Origin: a virus
Virus record (IMG/VR): IMGVR_UViG_3300033148_004740
Location: 32,001 to 96,000 of that record
Length of the DNA: 64,000 nt
Direction: 5' to 3' (one strand)
Shown: in pieces, positions 58,301 to 64,000 of the stretch
Layout: every line of letters begins with the position of its first letter
How positions within the stretch are numbered: position 1 is the first letter of the stretch
Made by a program: the position numbers and the translations under genes
Notes under the pieces: generated by a model
Databases searched by the model: none
What the model saw: the letters and a program-made list of their open reading frames with translations, nothing else
What the model was told of the DNA's origin: nothing

Positions 58301-59245
58301 GAGACCATACTTTTTGAGCAGGCCTCCCATCATTCTGCCACCAGTAGATTCTGGTACTGCTAGTGTTGGCCTGATTCCTTTACCAAAGATCTTCTCAGTA
58401 GCCTTCTCAACAAAGCTTTGCCCTTTGGAGAAAGCAGTATCGAATGGAGGCATCTGTGCAGGGAGACGAAGGAGAGTATTAAAACGGGAAACCATAGCGG
58501 TTCCCCAGGCGCTTGCATGTCTCCAGGCTGCCTGTCCTCTAGTGTGTCCACCTACTACTGTTGTGGGCATACCTCCTACGAGAGGAGGCTTGAATTCTGG
58601 GAACCCTTTAAGAGGTTGCACCTTACCGTAGAAGACTTCTGGATTATCGACTGGGGCTCCAACTACACGCGCCCACGAAGAAGTTAGCTTAGCGCTAGCA
58701 TCTGGAGCAGTTCTGATCCCAGAAGCAAAAGGCAGTGCGACTTCGTCACTCTGTCCCCAGAAGAGCTTCGAGTCTCTGAATGCTAGACCCTCAGAGAGGA
58801 CACGGCGGTAGGTAGTCCCAACACCAGGGTAGTTGCGCTTACCTATTAGTGAAGTGTAGTACTCGGCAAGCTGTTTTGTCCCTGTTCCCTCGGCCGCAAA
58901 CAACGATGGTGGCAGCTGGAAACCAGCTCGGGTTGATGTCTCAAACTGTGAGAGAAAAGGACCAGCAGAAAATGTACGAAAGATATGAGCAGGAGAGTAC
59001 TCCTCGAGGACACGAGCTCCTCGAGCATACAGGTCCCAGACACGACCACCTTTCCAAGGAGCATACCCAAGAGCTACTACTCCTGCAACAGCTCCAGCCT
59101 TACCGAGCATGCCAGTTGCTGGATAGTCTTTCCTATAGAAATCTTCTTGCTGGTCGGCTGTCCACATAGGTGGAGATCGACGAGGATCTTGCAAAGAAGA
59201 CCCATAATAAGGGCGACCATAACCTGGAGTATAATTATCTGGCAC
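55343..59245 (-). CDS. Tape-measure / DNA-ejection-like protein (1300 aa)
   Basis: Directly follows the tail chaperones; several Gly/Ala-rich hydrophobic segments; no enzyme motif recognised. Confidence 0.5.
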   Translation of the reverse strand: MPDNYTPGYGRPYYGSSLQDPRRSPPMWTADQQEDFYRKDYPATGMLGKAGAVAGVVALGYAPWKGGRVWDLYARGARVLEEYSPAHIFRTFSAGPFLSQFETSTRAGFQLPPSLFAAEGTGTKQLAEYYTSLIGKRNYPGVGTTYRRVLSEGLAFRDSKLFWGQSDEVALPFASGIRTAPDASAKLTSSWARVVGAPVDNPEVFYGKVQPLKGFPEFKPPLVGGMPTTVVGGHTRGQAAWRHASAWGTAMVSRFNTLLRLPAQMPPFDTAFSKGQSFVEKATEKIFGKGIRPTLAVPESTGGRMMGGLLKKYGLYLPLAYMGYQTLDWMTSGSALTQGTILEEGTSVAAGTAITRANLLASRVAQATGLQDYRNWQEDLAPGSTDFSRLMAFPLMGAMFGTGAAYGLKVGYMAREQTRGATAVQARAAAEEWASEYGKQTRLAQWGRSLTQESGIYARPGKMGDLWRRIAKPVAEGTGELSFKLFRKVGPVKLAGIIGGLAGALSIVPFLPGSLIPEKSPEELEAIYSGAQEVPVRRGRWWEFGRSAFEGQRIAYFRPHWYARMRMDAKNEGIWGDDAEALSPIQRWFQSEFTYALEEKHYEERPYPVSALPLEDVPFVGPLLAATVGRAIKPERIMHEDDWLSSEGALVEPPRFGQRIATEIGETPGGVPTTPYDTTGIVGEQIYRLQEMIGLPGFTMMSMKEQMTGTPDWFDQTQRLESARRMFGFERSYWDLELGGLMGTTEAFRRLYPHRRRQIPLYNPIPNMMPGWLPGPGSKSPDFLHGDPYIKIPEGELRLPGRGYEARYPELEGVSPEDYPLIHKYKILADVAPYTENYKDHLRMVNRARKEESWTESQEMVFQQTQDQLQQKKTRVEFQEYKHLTSTGGLFGDKVYYDGEDSSNIIGAINRLKADKDGESGLFAKYFGGYWEALSHNAETALDQMTPISPGAKLVHQRTAIEHYERTQLYGTENAFWNHPFRDFMRPSFWLGAQAVGYEGVPSHIARRRELEDYFDVLKYVKYSRLSNIARENQDSAALREFESQKDQTLFGLNPYTRNFSAIFRALPRRDRDYFNAFAGAETEAERAKILEMVPRNEKALYVAQWKVMFADEVRRAKKDELLSGSELAEADVLIDKIYDEAATEGFPTSKDLNSAYLQSRSPGENYGDWYRKTHLLTQLSTLPGPDWVGWHPSVDLDDVKLKVIQNWGEDMHEYDLWPGRAQAMANKPYINNQAIEPIVGEGTLSRGEIHDRISGLLMTNRMEGDVFTRTVFDPAGTDSVQMQVYEQPNYNSLARRDWF

Positions 59246-60171
59246 TACTTAGTCTTGGCAGACCTGCGGCGTTTTCGAGACTTCTTGGGTTTTACCTTAC
59301 TAACCTTAGCTTCAAGCTCAGCTATCCTTGTCTGTTCTTCCTGGACCATGAGCAGATTTGCTTTCTTGTTTTCTTGTTTTTGTTCTTCCAGGGCTGCCAA
59401 TCTCTCCTCTGGGCTCATGATCTTAACCTTCTCTCCTTTCTTCATCTGTTCTATGTATTCATGATAGACACTAGGAACATCATCCATTGATTGCTTCTCA
59501 AAGATTACAGCATCAACTTTATCATGCCCAGCCAACGCTGCCAGGTGCTCAACATGGTCCTTCTGGCCGATGATTGTCTGCTCCTCCTGAGGAGCTGCTG
59601 GCTGTTGCTCTCTCCAGGCTCTCTCGAGCTCTTCTGGAGGAGGTAGTTTTTCAACACGGGGCCTCTTCTGATCCTGCTGGTCAGTAAAGGAAATAGGCTG
59701 TTGGAGAACTCCTACCTGTATAAGCTTACGTTCAGCCTGAGCCAGCCTTGTCATGAAGGTGTCATAGTCCATAGCATAGACCTGATCAGGGGTATATGCC
59801 GGGAAAGCTTGAGTTATCAAAGCTGCCATGTCATGGACTACAGAGGTAGCGTCATGTCGACATACAACAAGGCGCTGTTCGATATCATCTAATGTGGATG
59901 GCCCAGAGTGAGCCATGATTGCCTGAGCAACTGCTGATACAGTCCCTGCTGGGAGCTTGCTCATGTTATCGACGAAGACTTGGTTGAGAACACACTTCTT
60001 GAAGGCCTCATCCTCGAGCACAGCATGAGGATATGCCCGAAGAGCAAAGCGTGTTTGCAAGTCTAGGAACTCACCGATAGTTAGAGGGCGCCACGGAATA
60101 GTCTCCCCATCTGGGAATACAGAAGCGAAGACTGAATCGTGCTGCTCCCTTAGCAGGAACAGCTCTCTCAT
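59245..60171 (-). CDS. Tail assembly chaperone, G-T-like (chaperone domain plus C-terminal extension)
   Basis: WRPLTIGEF...CVL...GTV...IM paralogous to the next gene, followed by YTPDQVYAMDYDTF and a charged tail. Confidence 0.6.
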   Translation of the reverse strand: MRELFLLREQHDSVFASVFPDGETIPWRPLTIGEFLDLQTRFALRAYPHAVLEDEAFKKCVLNQVFVDNMSKLPAGTVSAVAQAIMAHSGPSTLDDIEQRLVVCRHDATSVVHDMAALITQAFPAYTPDQVYAMDYDTFMTRLAQAERKLIQVGVLQQPISFTDQQDQKRPRVEKLPPPEELERAWREQQPAAPQEEQTIIGQKDHVEHLAALAGHDKVDAVIFEKQSMDDVPSVYHEYIEQMKKGEKVKIMSPEERLAALEEQKQENKKANLLMVQEEQTRIAELEAKVSKVKPKKSRKRRRSAKTK

Positions 60172-60638
60172 TACAACTTGATTACGATCTGAGATGCAAT
60201 CCGTGGATCCAAGAAGTTAGAGTTGACCATGATCTGCTCGTGGAGCAGAGTGATAGTCCCACCCTTCTGGGCCATAGCTATCATCCCTAGGGGAGAACCC
60301 CAAAGAACGCACCTGTGTACTACCTCAGCTTCTACAGCGAGCTGTGTCAGTTGCTGTTCAACAGCGGCAACACTAACCTCTGTGAACTCGGTACGGGTAA
60401 CAGGGCGCCAGATAAACATCTCTGTATCGCTGGTGCCAGAGGCATAGACCGATCCGTGCTCTTGCTTCCATCCTTCCATGATCTCCTGGGTAGGAGCTCC
60501 TGGGAAAACAGCAAGGGCCTCGGCCAGATTCTTAATCTGCTCCTCGACTGCTTGTTCTTCCTGAGTCTGTTCTTGTTCTTCGACCTTAGCGGTTTCTTCT
60601 AGAGCTTCCATTGCTCCTCCTTTATGACTGGTCTCCAA
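60171..60638 (-). CDS. Tail assembly chaperone, G-like
   Basis: Acidic, between tube and tape-measure genes; WRPVTRTEF...CVL...GTI...IM. Confidence 0.65.
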   Translation of the reverse strand: METSHKGGAMEALEETAKVEEQEQTQEEQAVEEQIKNLAEALAVFPGAPTQEIMEGWKQEHGSVYASGTSDTEMFIWRPVTRTEFTEVSVAAVEQQLTQLAVEAEVVHRCVLWGSPLGMIAMAQKGGTITLLHEQIMVNSNFLDPRIASQIVIKL

Positions 60639-60641
60639 GTG

Positions 60642-61445
60642 TTATAGCAAATCCCTTGCGATAAAGGAATAGGCCTCCTGGATTGGGAGGCCATCAATAG
60701 CCACTTGTTTTGATTGACCAAGAATATAAACGTCTTCTAGCTTCTGGACAGTGTGGTGGATATTATCATCCCCCACATAGTCTCCAAAAGCGACATAGAT
60801 GTCAAAAGGATTCAACGCTGGATCGTCAACATGTCGACCCATCCCTGTGTCAACAGTAATGGATCCTATATTTTCCTTCTTTGGTGCGCCCCAGACTCTG
60901 TTCTCGAACATCTCAAAAGCATTCTCTGCTCTACCTACTTTCCCAGCGGCACGTTGAGAGCTAGAGAAGCCCGTTAAAGAAGCATGGGCAGCTAGCTCTT
61001 GTAGCTGATCGACAGGGAGCCCGAGATTACCATTAATGACTTTTTCAATATTTGCCGTAACTGTCTCTTCTCCAATATACTTTCCCTTGTCTGATTTCAC
61101 AGCAGAGAAGGGAGTAAACTCGCCCTTTACTAGAGCCTTATAGCGTTGTAGGACAAGCCACAAATAGCCAGCCTCTTTGAAGTTGATAGTGAACTGGCCC
61201 TGTACAATTACGTTCCCCTCCGCCACGGCGTCAAATAGACGAGAGGCATATCCATAGAGAGGAGTACGAGACTGAGTGACAGCATAAGACATACTAGTGA
61301 CCTCATCTATAAGTACATCGCCAATATAGATAGCCACCTGTGCGCCCGAGAAGTAATCATTGTTGTAGATACCCCTTCGGTCTAAGGTAGCCCCATGAGT
61401 ATCCCAAAAGGATTTCTCTGATTCGCCCTGAGGATCAATAGCCAT
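60642..61445 (-). CDS. Tail tube-fold protein (paralog 3)
   Basis: YFSGAQVAIY, SRTPLYGY, VQGQFTINF, PFDIYV and EAYSFIARD match the tube motifs of 62706..63398. Confidence 0.7.
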   Translation of the reverse strand: MAIDPQGESEKSFWDTHGATLDRRGIYNNDYFSGAQVAIYIGDVLIDEVTSMSYAVTQSRTPLYGYASRLFDAVAEGNVIVQGQFTINFKEAGYLWLVLQRYKALVKGEFTPFSAVKSDKGKYIGEETVTANIEKVINGNLGLPVDQLQELAAHASLTGFSSSQRAAGKVGRAENAFEMFENRVWGAPKKENIGSITVDTGMGRHVDDPALNPFDIYVAFGDYVGDDNIHHTVQKLEDVYILGQSKQVAIDGLPIQEAYSFIARDLL

Positions 61446-62650
61446 TAGAGCCTTCTCCCTGAGCGCCTAAGCCCCATACTCTCCAGGTATCTAACATATC
61501 TTCTTCCACCTGCTACAAGAAGCTCGGACGCAGTCCTTTCTCTTCCTTTACTCCAAATACCTCTATCATTCTGAGAGAGCTTCATTCTGCCTACAGAGGT
61601 CATGATGTCTACATCTCGAGCGACAAAGTTAATCACCTGTTCTGTCAGTAGATCTTCTACGGACATAGTAACTCCATCATTCATGAACTCAACACCATAG
61701 ATCCCCATACGGGAAATGGAACCATATTCATTAGCGAAGAGAACGGTAAGATCCATTGGAGGAAGTTGATCAGGAATGAGAGTTGAGACTTCAGTATCTG
61801 CTCCCATTTCTCCTGCAGTCCTGGCGTCTCCCATCGCACGAATCAAGGGAGCAAGGGCATGCTCATTGAAGAGAGTGAAGATCATCGAACCACCAATAGT
61901 CCTAGGTCCACGGGTATATCCCTTTACATAGCCTTGGCCCAGAGCCCTTACCCCCATCTTCTCACGGTGGCTCTGGACACTGATAGTCTGTAGGGTAGCC
62001 AAAGTAAGAGTATTGGTAGCTGCATCATCCATCTCTTTGATGTGATCAATGCGGCGCTGTAGGCCATCCTTGATGAACTGATGTTCTGCCTTCATAGCAA
62101 AGGCTACACGAATCATTCTCTCGTACCCAGCTGCAGAAAAGCCGTGTCTGTTGAATATTCCGAGGACGATAGGAACAGCAAGATCCTTAGCTGGACTGTC
62201 TGTCCCGTCTGCGGCACCTCTTATATATAGACCAGCAACTGTGAGAAAGTGTCGCTTGAGATCCTCATAGCTAGAACGGATGACGGCGTCAACATCCAGC
62301 GGATTCATGTTGTTGATGATATTCTCACAAGCAGCTACAACCTCTACTGAGGTATCGACCTCTTCCTTGAGAGCCGCGATCTGTACGTCCTTGTCCACTC
62401 TGCCGTACAAATGGGCCACAACCTTGATGTCGCTTCCAGAAAAGCTACTACCAACCCACTTGATCTCACTATGTTTGTCTTGTTCGACAGGAAGATTATC
62501 CTTTTCTCTATGATATTCCTGTCGGATTAAGGCAGGGAAAGAGTCTTCTTGAAGGAGGACTTCACCGGGTTGGAACTGTTGCGCCTCGACGGCAGCAAGA
62601 TCAGGAGGGCCAGAGTCTGATTTAACATTGATTGGTCGATCGCCTGGCAT
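61445..62650 (-). CDS. Tail tube-fold protein with ~130-aa insertion (paralog 2)
   Basis: FSGSDIK, REK, GPRTIGGSMIF and DQLPPMDLT...ANEYG...GVEF motifs. Confidence 0.75.
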   Translation of the reverse strand: MPGDRPINVKSDSGPPDLAAVEAQQFQPGEVLLQEDSFPALIRQEYHREKDNLPVEQDKHSEIKWVGSSFSGSDIKVVAHLYGRVDKDVQIAALKEEVDTSVEVVAACENIINNMNPLDVDAVIRSSYEDLKRHFLTVAGLYIRGAADGTDSPAKDLAVPIVLGIFNRHGFSAAGYERMIRVAFAMKAEHQFIKDGLQRRIDHIKEMDDAATNTLTLATLQTISVQSHREKMGVRALGQGYVKGYTRGPRTIGGSMIFTLFNEHALAPLIRAMGDARTAGEMGADTEVSTLIPDQLPPMDLTVLFANEYGSISRMGIYGVEFMNDGVTMSVEDLLTEQVINFVARDVDIMTSVGRMKLSQNDRGIWSKGRERTASELLVAGGRRYVRYLESMGLRRSGRRL

Positions 62651-62663
62651 CAGAACTCCTTGT

Positions 62664-62693
62664 GAGAAGCACCGGGATTAACCGATGCTCCTC
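62664..62693 (-). promoter_or_regulatory. Intergenic RNA stem-loop (12-bp stem, 6-nt loop)
   Basis: Minus strand GAGGAGCATCGG-TTAATC-CCGGTGCTTCTC, with 10 Watson-Crick and 2 G-U pairs; no U-tract. Confidence 0.55.
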
Positions 62694-62705
62694 TGTATCT
62701 TAGAA

Positions 62706-63398
62706 TTATGTATATAGTTGACTAGTTAGACCAGGAAGCTCAACCTTCTGCCAAGGTACGAGTGTCCTAGCGATATAAGTGTTCTGCATCTCAGACGTAA
62801 TGTCGTCAATCGAAACACCATATCCCTCATTGAGTAGCTCAACACCGAAGATCCTCATGACAGCAAAGCTGCCGTACTCGTTAGCCGCTGCTAGTGTGAT
62901 ATCAAACGGAGGAATTTGATCTGAGAACCATGGAGCCATGGCAACCTGATCAGATCCAACATTAGTGATATCCGACTCGATATTAAAATCTGGATCGTCA
63001 AAGTCTACTGCCACATTAGGGTCAGAGACTTGAGCAATCGGTAGAGTCGTCACCGAAGCGTCATTGGTATTCTGAGGAATGAAGTCATCCTTATCGGCCA
63101 AAAACTTCGGAGCAGTTCCTGCACCATGTTTTCGATCAGCGATCATTCCAAAGAGACCAAGTAGAGCATGTTCATCGAACATGAGGAAAATTAGGGTACC
63201 AGCAATGCCACGTTTACCGCGCGAGAAGGATCTAGGATCCGCTGATCCCATAGTATACAGAGGGGCTTTCTCTCTCGTAACCGAGTACGAGATAGCCTGA
63301 ATCTCTGCAATAACCTTGCTCCCGAAAACAGCCTTAATGTCTACGCCGGAAAAACTGTGGTAGCTCTTTCCAAATTGATTATCTGCTGTGTTGGCCAT
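62706..63398 (-). CDS. Major tail tube protein (probable)
   Basis: Follows the sheath; FSGVDIK, REKAPLYTMG, RGIAGTLIF and DQIPPFDITLAAANEYG motifs. Confidence 0.75.
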   Translation of the reverse strand: MANTADNQFGKSYHSFSGVDIKAVFGSKVIAEIQAISYSVTREKAPLYTMGSADPRSFSRGKRGIAGTLIFLMFDEHALLGLFGMIADRKHGAGTAPKFLADKDDFIPQNTNDASVTTLPIAQVSDPNVAVDFDDPDFNIESDITNVGSDQVAMAPWFSDQIPPFDITLAAANEYGSFAVMRIFGVELLNEGYGVSIDDITSEMQNTYIARTLVPWQKVELPGLTSQLYT

Positions 63399-63408
63399 TT
63401 ACTTCTCC

Positions 63409-64000
63409 TTATACCGCCGCCAAAGCTACGGAGACAGTGATTCTACGTAGTTCGAAGGCTGGTACTAGTTTTAGTTCAACTGTGGCTTGTCCTAGTACCC
63501 TCTGTTGTGGTGTGATAATGAGCTGGAACTCAAAGCGACGTATTACCCCATTCTTAACAAGGTTCTGCAATACACGCTCAAGAGCCGTCTCGAGAGCTGC
63601 AGTTTGAGCTCCCGTCATTGCTTCGCCTAGGAATGGTTCTCCTACGTCGCGAATCGCGTCCATCGAAGCCTTGACCTGACGCATGGTTGACAGACGCTGA
63701 TAATCAGAATCTGGACGTGCTGCTGTTGGACCATCGCTGACTACGATTCCACGCTTCTTAGCATGGAAGGTAACAAAGCGATAGCCTGCAAGCGTGTCAA
63801 TCTTAGCTAGATTAAGACGGAATGGCAGTCTAACACTGTTCAACAGTTTGTTTGTAGGCGCACTGTTAACAGCTAGTGCAGAGTAGAACCCTGCATAAGT
63901 GGCAGCACCAGACGCAACGTAGGCTGACGTTCTGCTTGAGTTAGCCAGAACAGGCCATGTCGCCACGACACTGAGATACTTACCAATATCGACCAGGTGA
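63409..64000 (-). CDS. Tail sheath protein, C-terminal part (open to window edge)
   Basis: Frame open to the window edge; C-terminal RQVKASMDAIR...FLGE...VELKLVPAFELRRITVSV is typical of contractile sheath C-termini. Confidence 0.85.
   Translation of the reverse strand, partial: HLVDIGKYLSVVATWPVLANSSRTSAYVASGAATYAGFYSALAVNSAPTNKLLNSVRLPFRLNLAKIDTLAGYRFVTFHAKKRGIVVSDGPTAARPDSDYQRLSTMRQVKASMDAIRDVGEPFLGEAMTGAQTAALETALERVLQNLVKNGVIRRFEFQLIITPQQRVLGQATVELKLVPAFELRRITVSVALAAV

Noticed and set aside
60171-60200. -1 frameshift between the two tail chaperone genes
   Set aside because: No X XXY YYZ heptamer was seen near the stop; the second gene has its own coupled ATG and a complete chaperone domain.
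36-63300. All plus-strand ORFs in the track and the short nested minus-strand ORFs
   Set aside because: They lie antisense to, or inside, long coherent minus-strand genes and show no recognisable motifs; treated as shadow ORFs.
1-64000. Apparent abundance of palindromes GAGCTC, CTCGAG and CTAG
   Set aside because: Could not be counted by eye and is plausibly explained by Glu-Leu/Leu-Glu and CTA codon usage; needs a k-mer observed/expected calculation.
1-64000. Alternative genetic code, tRNA/rRNA genes, or an extracellular contractile injection system instead of a phage
   Set aside because: ORFs are long and tile the strand under the standard code, leaving no room for RNA genes. The many fibres, holin-like genes, intein and RNAP fit a large phage better than a compact eCIS locus, though head genes lie outside the window.

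Overview
One continuous, tightly packed minus-strand gene block from a large contractile-tailed (myovirus-like) bacteriophage or prophage. Most genes carry GGAG/GAGG-type RBSs or overlap at stop/start. In transcription order (64000 to 1): tail sheath (truncated), three tail-tube-fold paralogs, two paralogous tail assembly chaperones, a 1300-aa tape-measure/ejection-like protein, and a 1433-aa protein carrying the ordered catalytic motifs of a single-chain two-barrel RNA polymerase (candidate virion RNAP). Then a 1975-aa hub protein with an M23 peptidase, spike/wedge/baseplate-J genes, several large uncharacterised structural proteins (one apparently extended by a +1 frameshift that completes an FN3 domain), and an actin-like ATPase beside a membrane-anchored protein. 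Then a ~17-kb glycan biosynthesis/methylation cluster (8 glycosyltransferase-like genes, 5 methyltransferases, NDP-sugar enzymes, and a GT9 interrupted by an intein ending in Trp-Asp), two small holin-like membrane proteins and two tail-fibre-like paralogs (the last truncated). No capsid, terminase, tRNA, rRNA or CRISPR array was seen. All calls come from reading motifs by eye; no database search was run.
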